DNA of 62,887 bases from a virus (taxonomy: Duplodnaviria > Caudoviricetes). Shown here in pieces: positions 19,780 to 31,100 of the stretch. The position numbers and the translations under genes were made by a program. Position 1 is the first letter of the stretch. Every line of letters starts with the position of its first letter. The DNA is taken from IMG/VR virus record IMGVR_UViG_3300032006_002789, positions 1-62,887 of that record, one strand, 5' to 3'. Under the pieces are notes generated by a model. It ran no database searches. It was not told where the DNA came from and saw nothing but the letters and a program-made list of their open reading frames with translations.

Positions 19780-20124
19780 TTATACACTCTCTTCGAGAGG
19801 GGTTAACACAGAAAACTTATCTTCAATTATACTATATATTAAGAAATTCAATTGAAGCTCATTACAATAAAGTCTATCTGCGTGAGATGGAGCAGATGAA
19901 GAATCAGGATGACTATGATAAATCGCTGCTATATTTTTATGCTCAATAAAGTCCAAGGGAGAAATCAAAAAAGATTCTTTAGGGGATTGAGAATGGTTTT
20001 TTAAAGAAACTACTCGCCAAGAGCCTTCCTTTTCGCAAACAATCAACCCGCAGGTTTCGTGAGGAAAATCCTTGGTTGCGAGGTCTTTTATTTGATCAAG
20101 CAAATCTGAGTTATTGATGTCCAT
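19780..20124 (-). CDS. JAB/MPN-domain metallopeptidase (lambda gpK N-domain-like tail assembly protein; no NlpC/P60 domain)
   Basis: PHETCGLI...AIYHSHPD...PSHAD: E/HxH/S/D JAMM motif intact; sits between gpL-like and gpI-like genes. ATG at 20124 preferred over TTG at 20151. Confidence 0.9.
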   Translation of the reverse strand: MDINNSDLLDQIKDLATKDFPHETCGLIVCEKEGSWRVVSLKNHSQSPKESFLISPLDFIEHKNIAAIYHSHPDSSSAPSHADRLYCNELQLNFLIYSIIEDKFSVLTPLEESV

Positions 20125-21265
20125 ATACGCTAGTTCCAGGGAATCCGCCAAAAGGAAGTCTCATAGGTTTTTTCTCTTTGCTTGTTATAATTCCACCCGT
20201 AACACCATCTTCCTCGTACCCAAAGCGAGCGATGCATCCATTTATACTCCTAGAGCAACTATCCTTAACCCAAACACCAGCATTAACCAAGGGGTGGTGG
20301 TCAGCGGCATTACCATGAGTCATTACGCAAACAAATACCATAGGGACATCGTCGGTTATATTTGTCGAAAATGAAGGACTAAGCTTTACAACATCTCCCC
20401 TTTTGTAACCATAAGAGTTTTGGAGTGTGCCCTTTTCCCAGGTTCCGTCGTCTTTTAAATTAATTCCGTGTTTGCTCCACTCGTATATTTCGTCTGTTGT
20501 CTTAACATTAAGCCTGTCAAGTCCCCACCCTTCATCATGGGTTACTGCCCTATTTTCGCCCGCGCCCCCACGTTTAATCCCCTGTTTTTTAACAAAAGGC
20601 TTGTCGTTTGTATCGGCCTTAGGCAAGCCTGAGTATCTACAGCCTATAGAACAACGGTATTTCCATGTGCAGTAATTAGCGATAACAGTCCTCCCAGGGA
20701 GCCTAGTCTGCCCAAGCTCTAGCGCAGTAGCAAGTTCAAATTGAATTACCTGAGAAGTTTCGGCTATTTTTCTGTTTATAAAAAATATATCCTCTGCCAT
20801 CTGGGCCCTGGGATCGCTTCTTCCAAATGGATTTTCTCCAGATTCGTTAGTGCCTCTATTTTGATAGTTTTGCCCATCCAAAAATTTAGCGAAAGTTCTA
20901 ATTCTAGTAACCCTACATCCAACAAAATCATCATTAGAAGAAACGATCTTAGACAGTAATCCGCCAGTATTCAGTATGGAGATTTTTGGCCTAGGAAGAG
21001 TCCCGTCTGATTTGGTTTCGAGATCCTCGATCTCAATAGGCAGCGGCTGATACCCATTATCCCTCCAATATATAGGATTACTGGAGTTTTTTCCAGCATG
21101 AAATCTATAAATAGGTTCGCTACCAAGGTTTAGATTATCCCTGAGTTTTATCATGTCGATATGATTCTGAAGAGAGGAGAAATCAATTTCGAATAATTCA
21201 ATAAGGGTATCGGGCTCAATACTAGAAAGCTCCTTGTTTATTTTTTCTTTAGCGTTAATACTCAT
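20111..21265 (-). CDS. Minor tail protein L-like (Fe-S tail tip protein)
   Basis: LIELFEID, YQPLPIE, GTLPRPKI, RIRTFAKFLD, C-T-W-K-Y-R...C, D-S-C...GCIARF, LPFGGFPG; conserved Cys pattern of lambda gpL. Confidence 0.92.
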   Translation of the reverse strand: MSINAKEKINKELSSIEPDTLIELFEIDFSSLQNHIDMIKLRDNLNLGSEPIYRFHAGKNSSNPIYWRDNGYQPLPIEIEDLETKSDGTLPRPKISILNTGGLLSKIVSSNDDFVGCRVTRIRTFAKFLDGQNYQNRGTNESGENPFGRSDPRAQMAEDIFFINRKIAETSQVIQFELATALELGQTRLPGRTVIANYCTWKYRCSIGCRYSGLPKADTNDKPFVKKQGIKRGGAGENRAVTHDEGWGLDRLNVKTTDEIYEWSKHGINLKDDGTWEKGTLQNSYGYKRGDVVKLSPSFSTNITDDVPMVFVCVMTHGNAADHHPLVNAGVWVKDSCSRSINGCIARFGYEEDGVTGGIITSKEKKPMRLPFGGFPGTSVYGHQ

Positions 21266-21269
21266 AATT

Positions 21270-23390
21270 TTAAGAATTTAAAAATACCCCCGCACCACTG
21301 ATGCCAGTTACTTCTGGGCCATTGATGCCATAAGGATCAATCATTGGCTCTGCCTTTCCGATATTTATGGACTCTTCTCCTCGAGCTTCACTCCTTACTT
21401 GATTTGTCATTTCCATTTCCTGAGTGCTTTCGTAACCAAAGTCTTCAGTAGCAAAGAATAAATTAGATTCTTCACTAGAGGCTATCTTAGCTACAGCCTC
21501 TCCAGTGCCAAGAATCCATGGAAGCCTACAAAGTTCCGTTAAATTTTTCGCACCAGAACCGCTAACGACAGTAGTTTGAGCTTGTATTGCGTATCCAGGT
21601 GCTCCACCAAATTGAATGACGGAAGAAGATTCAGAGGAGGATTGGTTATATATTTTATCAACAATTGTGAATTGGCCGCTCTCACCAAACCATCCGCCAT
21701 TTGCGGATACGGTAATATCCTTATAGCCTGGAATAGAGTGAGTGGTAGGCGCAAGGGAACCTTCTCTGCCTATAAAGTTCCACCTTCCTCCAGTGAGATA
21801 TTCAACAAAGTAAGCCTTACCGTCAGAAGCAGATTCTCCCCCAGTAATGGAGGGAATTATCCATCCAGAATAAGGTGTATTATCCCCCTCTAATTCATAA
21901 CGAGTAAACTGAATGCTAACATCTTGATTGTAAGCCTCTACAGAACAGCCTTCTATAGTTGTTTCGTAAGAGTCCTCGGGATCTCCCTCTAGGGTTGAGT
22001 CAAATTCGACAAGCATTGCACCGCTTAGGCCATAAGGAACGAGAACGGGGCTAATAGATTGAATATTCCTAGAGTCAACATCGTAATCATTAGAAACCAA
22101 GAAAGGAGAGTCGAGTTCTTGATCCTCGTAGAGGTCGAAGCTTTTAGGTCCACTTGATTTTATGTAATAACTTCTTGCGGAAGCATTACCAGTACTGCTA
22201 ATGTAAACCCTGTCTTGATTATGAAGCTCATGGTACTCTTCTAGGATTTCTACTTTTGCGACTCCGCCACTGTTTTTTATAGATTTTATCATTCCCCCTT
22301 GAAATTCAAACCTAGGAGGTTCTGCAATTCTTATACTTCGGCCAGAAAAATAAGAACTCTTTCTAACTTTTCGGCCAGGGTCCAAGGGTTCGTAAGTAGA
22401 AGCGCCCATCATTGCCCCTCCTCCACCTATAACCGTAAGTGTTGTCTTATTTTCCTTGGAGGAACATTCAAAAGCTGGCCCACCTCCGCCTCCCCCTGCT
22501 AAAATTGATGCGGAGTTTCCTTGAAGTATTTCGAACCTTGCGTTTGAATCGTCTATTTGCAAACCTACGCCGCCAGAGCCGTTAGGGGATCCTCCACAGC
22601 CAAGGATGTAACAAGGCCTCCTATCTGTACCTAAGACTATACTGACTCTACCTCCTTGCCTAAATCCAGACCCTGTTCTTAGTGCTGGAATGTTTGGACT
22701 ATTAGATAAGAAGGTGCCAGTCAAAATAAATGTAACATGATCATAAGAAAAGAGAGGTCTCTTATAATCAAAAATTTCAGCTAATGCGGATTTTGCAAGA
22801 GAAAAATTCTGAAAGGTTCCCATTACATTTGTCTGATGAAGAATATAAGAGTCAATTTCTTTTATGTTTTCTGCGACTAATTTGAAATATTCATCGCCTC
22901 CACCGAAAGCGGCATGAGAATCCGATGGATCTAAAATTGCAATTTCGTTAATATCCCGAGGGCTAGAGTTTCCCCAGGCAGCCCTCCACAACTCGCTGCT
23001 AGTGTCTCCGTTTGCAAATTCAGTAGGAGTTTCAGAGTCTACGGTAGACGCATAAACCCATTTACCATCAACCCGACACAAACCTAGGGCAGGATTTTCT
23101 ATAAACGAGTCATTACCTCCTCCATAAATAGAAAAAGAAAAACCAAACATTTCTTCTTCTTCTGGAATTACAAACTGAGATCGAGCGCGAGGCTCAAATA
23201 AACGGGAGTTTGGAGAGATCGCCCTTGCGTCAGATTGAATTGTTCTTATTTTATCTAACAAAGGAGATGTAGAGGAGAATGTTTTTTTAAGCTCTTTTCC
23301 CCATAACTCTCTTGGAACTATAAGCAAACTTTCCTCAATGATTTGACCAGCATCTTCAGAGTCTACAGAAATTGTAATTGAATCACTCAT
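21270..23390 (-). CDS. Glycine-rich virion/tail tip accessory protein (possible adhesin)
   Basis: ILGCGG...GSGGVGL...ILAGGGGGG and GGAPGYAI motifs resemble polyglycine adhesin (T-even gp38-like) domains; lies within the tail operon. Confidence 0.55.
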   Translation of the reverse strand: MSDSITISVDSEDAGQIIEESLLIVPRELWGKELKKTFSSTSPLLDKIRTIQSDARAISPNSRLFEPRARSQFVIPEEEEMFGFSFSIYGGGNDSFIENPALGLCRVDGKWVYASTVDSETPTEFANGDTSSELWRAAWGNSSPRDINEIAILDPSDSHAAFGGGDEYFKLVAENIKEIDSYILHQTNVMGTFQNFSLAKSALAEIFDYKRPLFSYDHVTFILTGTFLSNSPNIPALRTGSGFRQGGRVSIVLGTDRRPCYILGCGGSPNGSGGVGLQIDDSNARFEILQGNSASILAGGGGGGPAFECSSKENKTTLTVIGGGGAMMGASTYEPLDPGRKVRKSSYFSGRSIRIAEPPRFEFQGGMIKSIKNSGGVAKVEILEEYHELHNQDRVYISSTGNASARSYYIKSSGPKSFDLYEDQELDSPFLVSNDYDVDSRNIQSISPVLVPYGLSGAMLVEFDSTLEGDPEDSYETTIEGCSVEAYNQDVSIQFTRYELEGDNTPYSGWIIPSITGGESASDGKAYFVEYLTGGRWNFIGREGSLAPTTHSIPGYKDITVSANGGWFGESGQFTIVDKIYNQSSSESSSVIQFGGAPGYAIQAQTTVVSGSGAKNLTELCRLPWILGTGEAVAKIASSEESNLFFATEDFGYESTQEMEMTNQVRSEARGEESINIGKAEPMIDPYGINGPEVTGISGAGVFLNS

Positions 23391-26212
23391 TGATCATATA
23401 TCCTTTTCGACTTCCAGTCTAAAGTTAGTGTCCTTCGTTGGCCTTTTCCTGGATGTTCCCACCAAGACGTAAACCTTCCATTCCTAATTCCAATTCGCCT
23501 TACTTTTGGAAGGAGTCCGACAGCAGCCTCGGCAACGATCATTTCTTCACTAACTAAGTCTGCAATAGCAAGTCTTTGAATACCCGCTTCGATACCTTTC
23601 CACTCAAATGTTAGAGGGTCTCCCACGGTATCGTTAAACATTTTCCAGGAGGTCCCCCCATTTCTGCTAATGCCCCACATTTTAGCGGTAAGGCCATCGC
23701 CGAGATCTTGTTCGACCAAGCTATTGTAATCAACAGTCAACTTTAATTGTCCATCAAAACATCCATCGTAATATACATAAGGGTCTGTGTTTTGAGTTTC
23801 ATCAATCACGCTAACATGAGAAGCCTTAAGCTTTCCTTTTGGGTACATTTTAGAGGATTGATTAAGTTGATCGGCTCTCCATTTTGTTCCAGAAAATGCA
23901 ATCACCAGGATTTTTGCAAATTGTTTAACGGGAGGGAGTTCGCTCCCTGGAGGAGGATCTCCAGATGCCGAAACCTTAAATTGCGCAGCGTAGACTTTAT
24001 CCTCATCAAGAACCTGGAGATTAGGATTAAAAACTAGCTCAAAAAAACAAGACTCAGCAGGAAGCAGAGACGTTGCGTTAAATCTAGTAAGGGTTGTATC
24101 TAAATTATCTTTATTATTTAATGCAATCATCGTGGAGCCTTTTTCATTATCATGAAGAATTCTCCAGTTTTTATATTCGGTCGGGTAAGTAAACTTTGTA
24201 TTTTCGTTTTTAGAATTTTTAATTACTTGCCCGCCATCAATTAATGATTGCGGATGAAAGTCGGCACCATCGAGAGAGTGAATAGAGCCTTGATTATTTT
24301 GAAAGAATCCGTTTTGAACGGCCCCCTGATCATCTATAGTAAAAAAATATAATCCCCCCTTTGGTCCATGAGAAATTGAAGGAGGGATTTTGGTTCTGCC
24401 ATAATCATCCTCTATATTAACAACCCCCTTACTTTTGTCGGTCAGTGGGGTAAATTCCCATAGGTTATTATCAAAGTCTCCAAGAGCATTGCGGCTCGCT
24501 TCATCGCCCACCAAGTTTACTCTAGTTCCTTCGAAATTGTCATCTGGATTATATGGATAAGGGCCTTCAATTTTCAGTCCAGTTACGCCCACGTCACCAA
24601 GATTATGCACCTCAATTCTCCTCCTTCTCTTCTCTCCCCGCTCTATATTATCATTCCAAGCTATATCCCCAATAGGATTAACCTTTCCCATGGTAATAAA
24701 ACCTGGAGCATTAATTTCTCCACCTCTAAGTTCGGTATCGGATACTACTTGATCAAATTCTTCGTCTGAAAAATTAAAAGGAAATTCCTCGATCTCGCAG
24801 CGTACATTGTGAGTATTTTTAAAAACATACGTATGATTCCATGATGGACATATAAACCTGCGCTTGGCGTTATAAGGAGCTGGGAGAGTCAAAGAAAATG
24901 ATTTAGATCCATAGTGTGTTTCTAGAAAATGGAGAATCGCCTTCGCTTCATTATCGTCCCGACCTTCAAAGTTAAGCTCTAGTTTTAGAAGAGACTGATT
25001 AATTCCATCAGCATGAATTTGTTTATAATTATTATAGCCCATACTAAGCTCTCGAAGTCTAGGCTCTTCCTTTATTTGCAAACCTAACGCTGGAGGCCAA
25101 TAAAACTCTCTGGTCCATGGAGTGTTTTTTGAATCTGCAGGCACGCCATCCCATCCAGTTGGGTGAAATTGAGTACCAGGACTAGTATATTCTCCACTAT
25201 GGTAATAATACTGATGATTCCCAGAGACGAATACTATATCATTTTTATAATATGTAACGTCCTTATTCCAGGAGTCTACTCGTTCCGTCCAAATTTGCTC
25301 AGACTTCCTAAGTATAGATGTATCAAAATTTTCGAAGGTGCAGGTGACCTTATTTGAATCTTCTGAAGTTAAGCTGTGATCCCAACTTCTGCAATAGAAG
25401 CTTTTTGTTAAATTTTCAGTTGAATTATATGGGAAAAACATAGAAGCGCCGTCCCAATGAAATCCAGAAATTCCTTGCTTATAAGGGAGATAGTCAACAT
25501 CTTGATCAATTTCGTGTTGCCCCAATTTATTCTCAAGAAAATGCACAATAGAGTTCGCTTCCCTTGTTGTTCGGTTATCGAATTTTAAATGAAATTTTGC
25601 ATTAATACAATTTACCCCTTTAGGCTGAACCGAATAATACCCATCGCCGAATTCAAACCTGCGAGTGCTGGTTGTAAAATCGACGCTAGATCCATAATCT
25701 GGATCAAAAAAGAAATCGTTTTGAGACCATAGTTGATTAGTTGATTCTCCTGGAGTTTGATCTAGCGCCCTAATGGTTATATCATTAGTAGCTTTACCTT
25801 CACTATTTACGTTTGTTTCGTCGCGAAGATTTCTCGTCCAAATCCTGAGAGTATCGATCACACTAGCCGTGACAGTTTTTATGATAAAGGTTTTGTTATT
25901 TCTAGGATTCGAAGCTCCCGCAATTTCTATAAGCTGGCCAACCTTAAATCCTTCATCTATAAAGCGCCCTTCATCAGTTAATGGATTTAGATTGGTGTCA
26001 GTTATGGTATTCTGTGCGCCATCAAATATAAATCTATTCGGCCCACTTATGCTCGCCCCACCACCCTTGACTATATCTTCTTTTGCGTAATAAAAAACTC
26101 CATCTATTCCACTCGCTGCGGAAACAATATCAAATTTCTTATAGTCGGCAAGAGGAACAAAAGCTCCAGAGTATACCTGAACATGACTTTGATCTGAATT
26201 TATACTAGCCAT
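23387..26212 (-). CDS. Minor tail protein M-like / distal tail protein with two tandem gpM domains plus accessory domains
   Basis: Two copies of the gpM signature (FEFGDGYYSVQPKGVN...FDNR...EANSIVHFLE; SMGYNNYKQIHADGIN...FEGR...EAKAILHFLE), CBM-like motifs, C-terminal domain shared with ORF 1..2901. Confidence 0.85.
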   Translation of the reverse strand: MASINSDQSHVQVYSGAFVPLADYKKFDIVSAASGIDGVFYYAKEDIVKGGGASISGPNRFIFDGAQNTITDTNLNPLTDEGRFIDEGFKVGQLIEIAGASNPRNNKTFIIKTVTASVIDTLRIWTRNLRDETNVNSEGKATNDITIRALDQTPGESTNQLWSQNDFFFDPDYGSSVDFTTSTRRFEFGDGYYSVQPKGVNCINAKFHLKFDNRTTREANSIVHFLENKLGQHEIDQDVDYLPYKQGISGFHWDGASMFFPYNSTENLTKSFYCRSWDHSLTSEDSNKVTCTFENFDTSILRKSEQIWTERVDSWNKDVTYYKNDIVFVSGNHQYYYHSGEYTSPGTQFHPTGWDGVPADSKNTPWTREFYWPPALGLQIKEEPRLRELSMGYNNYKQIHADGINQSLLKLELNFEGRDDNEAKAILHFLETHYGSKSFSLTLPAPYNAKRRFICPSWNHTYVFKNTHNVRCEIEEFPFNFSDEEFDQVVSDTELRGGEINAPGFITMGKVNPIGDIAWNDNIERGEKRRRRIEVHNLGDVGVTGLKIEGPYPYNPDDNFEGTRVNLVGDEASRNALGDFDNNLWEFTPLTDKSKGVVNIEDDYGRTKIPPSISHGPKGGLYFFTIDDQGAVQNGFFQNNQGSIHSLDGADFHPQSLIDGGQVIKNSKNENTKFTYPTEYKNWRILHDNEKGSTMIALNNKDNLDTTLTRFNATSLLPAESCFFELVFNPNLQVLDEDKVYAAQFKVSASGDPPPGSELPPVKQFAKILVIAFSGTKWRADQLNQSSKMYPKGKLKASHVSVIDETQNTDPYVYYDGCFDGQLKLTVDYNSLVEQDLGDGLTAKMWGISRNGGTSWKMFNDTVGDPLTFEWKGIEAGIQRLAIADLVSEEMIVAEAAVGLLPKVRRIGIRNGRFTSWWEHPGKGQRRTLTLDWKSKRIYDQ

Positions 26213-27162
26213 TATCTGATTATTTGTTTGACGGAAATATTAGCTGTAGTCATTCCGTCTTTATTTACCTGGAGGGATTGCATTTCTATTTTTCCAGTGG
26301 ATTTAAATTTTGACAATCTCTCCCCATTAATGGAATATAGATAGGCAGTTATAGAAGCGTCCTCTATACCAAACGGAGTAGTTCCAACCTGATGATCCCC
26401 GTAAGGATTTAATCGGTCAACAAGATCATTAGATGTTATTTTCATGTCGGAATACATATTATTAACAGAAACTCTAGATACCGTAGCTCCTTCAGCTTTT
26501 GTGTTAATAATGCTGTTTTCGTTAGACCTAATGAGCCCACTGGTACGTCTCTCCACGTTAATATTATACTCAAGGGATGTGATTTCAAATACGTAATCCT
26601 GCGCATTTCCACCCGAACGAAGAAAGTCATCATCTTGCAGGTTTCTTCCCCCTGCCTTAACCAAAGCAAAAGAGCGTAAGGCATGAGCAGGATCAAACTC
26701 TTTTATATCTCCAGTGGTCATTTGATAAGAGGGCCTCACCCTATACATTGTACCAGTCATAATATAACCTGCAGACGCTTTTATGACGCCAAACGGAGTC
26801 ATGCTAAACCTAAAACTTTGAAGGTACAAATCACCTAAAACGTACCTTCCGATTCTATTATTTTTAATGGGGAGCTCACTTACATTTTCAACGTCAAATA
26901 ATTCATTGAGTCCAAGAACTGCGTCAAAGAATTCTTTAGTGATGTAAAAATTAACGTTAAGCGTACCCTCCATAGGAGACAAGGGGGCCTGTCTATGCAT
27001 TTTAGTCTTAGTTCCACAGATTTCTGGATTAAACTCCCCATAGACCCGACCTTCCCCAAGATTAGGTTTAATATCTATAGTTCCATCTGTAGCAAATAGT
27101 TTATGACCACCAAGTTCTATAGTAGTGGACTCAAAATTAAGAAATGCGAATTCATTAGCCAT
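26212..27162 (-). CDS. Tail-tube-fold-like protein (tail tip/baseplate-proximal ring candidate)
   Basis: Beta-rich, immediately downstream of the TMP pair; LYLQSFRFSMTPFGVIKASAGY resembles tube-fold strands; ATG at 27162 (MANEF) overlaps the upstream stop and is preferred over 27258. Confidence 0.55.
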   Translation of the reverse strand: MANEFAFLNFESTTIELGGHKLFATDGTIDIKPNLGEGRVYGEFNPEICGTKTKMHRQAPLSPMEGTLNVNFYITKEFFDAVLGLNELFDVENVSELPIKNNRIGRYVLGDLYLQSFRFSMTPFGVIKASAGYIMTGTMYRVRPSYQMTTGDIKEFDPAHALRSFALVKAGGRNLQDDDFLRSGGNAQDYVFEITSLEYNINVERRTSGLIRSNENSIINTKAEGATVSRVSVNNMYSDMKITSNDLVDRLNPYGDHQVGTTPFGIEDASITAYLYSINGERLSKFKSTGKIEMQSLQVNKDGMTTANISVKQIIR

Positions 27163-28102
27163 TTTTCGGAAGGAACAACGGGGGTCTTTCTGCCTCGGGT
27201 GTGCCGTAGAGGTTTTTATTAATATAACTTTTAAAGGATAGTTCCGCCGTAACCTCATTATCTACCGAAGCGCTTACGCTTTCGGATAAAAGGCGTGCGT
27301 ACGGAGCCGCAAAGCTACAGATGACACTATTATCTTCTGGGTTCTGAACTTCAATCAGAATGTTGTTAGCTTCGGTTGCGATAAGGCGGTCCCGAAGCTT
27401 TTTAGTATCATGGTCATTTATTACAATTGAAAATTTAAAATCTATTTCTATAGGATCAACGATATCAACTTGAATAGCTTCCGTATTAGATAAGTCAATA
27501 GCCTGCCCGCCAACCCACATTGCCTCTGATCCAGTAGGAAGAGCATAGACCTGTTCAAGGTTAATTGTTTTATCATAACTGAAATTAGAAACATGGTTGG
27601 TTTCAAATATTTCGTTTGAACCGCTTGGAGTACAAGAAACTTTTAAACTGCCCTGAGAAGGAATCTCTAGAACTGCCGCCTCTTCTGTTACGGTTGGCAT
27701 AAGATGGGGTCCGATTTCTCCTAACACGCGGAACTCAGTATTAATATTTGGGATTTCATCAATTCCGCAGGATATACTATATCTACTTAAGCGTCCTTTT
27801 CGAAACCCAAATCCTTTGTCTCCATATTTAATTGCCCCGCTAAAATAGTTTCGATCATCAAATGTTCCATTTGAAAATGGATCAGTAGTAATAAGCTTTC
27901 TGTTTATAGTAAAGCTGCCCTCAGGTGCGGCGGATAAAAATGAATCAACGAATCCAAATCCAGCAATAGTATATGGTTCTTCCGTTATGCCATAGCTTCC
28001 GTTTGCGCTTGTTACCCCAACCATCTCATGTACGCCCCCGTGAACTCCTGGAGGGTTATGCATTCCTATAACTATAGAGGTCTCGTAGTTTGAGAAGCTC
28101 AT
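27155..28102 (-). CDS. Tail-tube-fold-like protein adjacent to tape measure protein
   Basis: GRLSRYSISCGIDEIPNINTEF and ARLLSESVSASVDNEVTAELSF align by eye with the two halves of the major tail protein (GYVSSYGCEASVGGMPTANVT; AQLESESFSSSIGDNKTVDLTW). Confidence 0.6.
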   Translation of the reverse strand: MSFSNYETSIVIGMHNPPGVHGGVHEMVGVTSANGSYGITEEPYTIAGFGFVDSFLSAAPEGSFTINRKLITTDPFSNGTFDDRNYFSGAIKYGDKGFGFRKGRLSRYSISCGIDEIPNINTEFRVLGEIGPHLMPTVTEEAAVLEIPSQGSLKVSCTPSGSNEIFETNHVSNFSYDKTINLEQVYALPTGSEAMWVGGQAIDLSNTEAIQVDIVDPIEIDFKFSIVINDHDTKKLRDRLIATEANNILIEVQNPEDNSVICSFAAPYARLLSESVSASVDNEVTAELSFKSYINKNLYGTPEAERPPLFLPKNG

Positions 28103-31100
28103 CTTCTTTCCAAAAGCCCGCCAGGTCTAGATTCTTCTTGTATTACAGTTACTACTTTTTGTTCAATCAATTGGCCAAGTTCTTTCATTCGGCCCTGCTG
28201 ATCTCCGTCAGACTGATTTTTTTCTTGTTTTGCTTCCCCGCTATTTTCAACATTAACGGTAATGTTTACATTGTTTGTGTTATCCCCTCCGCTTGCCTTT
28301 TTCGATTCGCCCATAGTGCCATCTATATTTGAAGTGGGTCCACCTCTGGCAAATTTTCCAGCGTTAATAGCATTTAATTTAGGTAGGCCCAGTTGCCTTA
28401 CTGCGTCCGCTTGAATTACATACTCTCCCTCCGATAACATGGCTGGGATATTATCTACGCCAGGAGTTCCAGAAATATATCCTCCAGTAGATTTAGTTTT
28501 GCGAAAGCCGCCTCCTATCTTTCTGCCCAAATTCCCCACTGTTCTCTTGAGGGTAGGGTAAGGTTTGTTCATGTATTCATACGGGTCAAATGCAGGATTT
28601 TCAACATTAGGATGCCCACCCTCGTAGTACTTGCCCTTTTGTTGAGCAAGCGCAGCCTCCCTCATGGCTCCTATGCCTCCATACTTTCCAGCGGCTCCAT
28701 AATAATTCGGATTACCAAAAGCGGTTCTTCCCCACCAATTTTTAAATCTTTGCCCTATAGGCGGCTTGGTAAGCTCGATTTGGCCAGCATCGCTTTTATA
28801 CAAAGAGACAGTTTTACCCATGCTTGCCCCGTCTATTTTTGTTCCAGTCTCGGCATGAGTATAGCCGCCATGAGGACCTACGGTATAGTCGCCTGGGGGA
28901 ATTCCAGCATTTGCAGCGGCCTCCGCCCCAACAGTCACGTTCTTAGCTCCGTCGGCACCTTTTCCCATACTGCTAATTCCATAACTTACTGCAGCGCTTA
29001 AAGCCATGCCAAGAATTTGCCTTTTAAGAGCTGCTTTTTCCTGAGCCTTTTTTAGTCTTTCCTGTCTTTCTTTATCTAGAGCTTGCTTGGCTGCAGCACG
29101 ATCCTCTTGAAGTTGAATATTTTCATTAGAGGCAAGGAAGTATGATGAGATTGGCATGCGGGTATATCTTGCGCTATACTCAGATTCGTGTTTTCCTGCA
29201 GAACTGCCATGGGTTGTTTGAGCCGCGATAGAGGCTCTTGCCCATTCATCTCCAGTTGCGTATCCCCCAGTTGCATACCCAGGAACCTTCCCCTTGTTTA
29301 AAGTGTTCATAAAGCCGACGCCATATCTTTGCACAGCATTAGCATTCATCAAATACTCTCCGTTTGAGACTTTAGCGGGAACGCCACCGCCCTTACTTCT
29401 TGAAATGGACGCTCCACCAGGCAAAATGGAATGAACAAAAGAGTTTGCTATGTGAGTCATAAGGGCTCTATTAATAGCCTGAAGAAATCCAGCGGCAATA
29501 CCCTTAAGAGTTGAGTCTAGGTCGTCAGCCCCTTTGATTGCGGCCTCCATAGCGTCAACCATTCCGTCCCTGAAGCTTTTTACAGTTTGATTGGTTAGGT
29601 TATATGAAAAATAATCAATTTCTTGTTCTATATCACTCCTGGCATCTTTCATTCCTTCGTATATTGCCCCTCCGTATCTTCCCTTAGAAGGGTCATCTGC
29701 AACTTTGAAAGGCCTCGCACCCCTTTTCCTTTGGTCATCAATCTCCTTCTCTTGAAGCTTCAGCATAAGCAATCTTTCTTGTAGGGTTCCTTCTTTACCA
29801 TCCGCCTCACTAAGAAATTTCAGTCTCTTAATCATGGATCCCAGCGCGGTGTTATGATTTTCTTGTGAGCGGGTAACTGCCTCTTGCTCTTGTTTAATTC
29901 TCGCTAAACTGGTTCTATATTCCTTTAAGTTACCGATTTCCTTGTCAATGTTATTGCTTAATTCTTTTTGTAGGAATGCTAAATGACTTTGAATTTCTGT
30001 GGCTTTCATGCTGGCAGGATCGAGTTCCACGCCGTCTTTATTTCTCCCTCCTCCCTTCCAGAATTCTGAAAACCTAGCCTCTGAGGCTAGAGACCTTATT
30101 CTTTTTCCCATAGCTTCTTCGCTTTGGTCCAGTGCATCTTTTTCTTTTTCCCATAGGTCTATTCTTTTTTGCAGCGCTTTTTCTTCCGCAGTTTGTGGGT
30201 CTTCTCCCTTTTTGTCTTGGCTTTTATCCGCATCCGCTCCTGCGAAGTTAAGATCAAGGAACCTAAGATCCCCATTCTCGTCTCTGATCACGGTTTTATT
30301 CTGAAATTGCGGAAATCCCTGCTGCATATTTTGCCCCTCGAGGAGCGTCATTCCCATCTTCAACGCGTCACTGAGCTTTTCTTTAGTGACGATCATGATC
30401 TGGCCCGTATTGGGATCTCTCACTGCGACATTTCCCTCCAGAAAATTAGAAATGTTAGGATCGGAGGCTCTCTTTTTAATGATTTGGTCGAAGACGCCTC
30501 CGTCTATCCTATCTTGTTTAGTATTGGTTTTATTTTGCCACCATTGCAGCTGTTTTCCGCCTTTGTCGTTGAGTAGAAGATTATTTCTGTTCGCTCTAAA
30601 GTCAAATTGAGGCTGGGCGCCTTGCGGTTGCCACTGCTGCCAAAGAACGTGGGCTTCAGGCTTTGGGCGCAAGTCGGCCCTCTTCTTTTGCGCAGAACTT
30701 AGCCGATTCAATTCATCTTTGATCCCCCGCTCTTGAGCTACAAGAGCATTTCTTCTTTCCTCAGACTCTGAAATATTGGTTTGAGCACGAAGCCTTCTAT
30801 TAACCTCGGGCGCAGTCATGTACTCGCGCTCCAGTGCGGTAGGAGCTTCCTTTTTCATGTAATTCATTACGTCGTGAGGGGTCAAATTTTCTTTTGAACG
30901 TAAGTCTTCTAGACCTTTTCTTTTAGATTGATTAGAGGTCCAATAATTTTGAAGAACTTCCTCAGAGGTCAGCTCGTTAATCATTTTTATTGCGGATCCA
31001 TGAGAGGCAGATCTTCGTTTTTCGGCAAATTCCGTTCGCAGCGCCTTTTGTTCGAGGACAATACGCTCCTTATTAGTCATCGAGCCTACACCTCCCCCAA

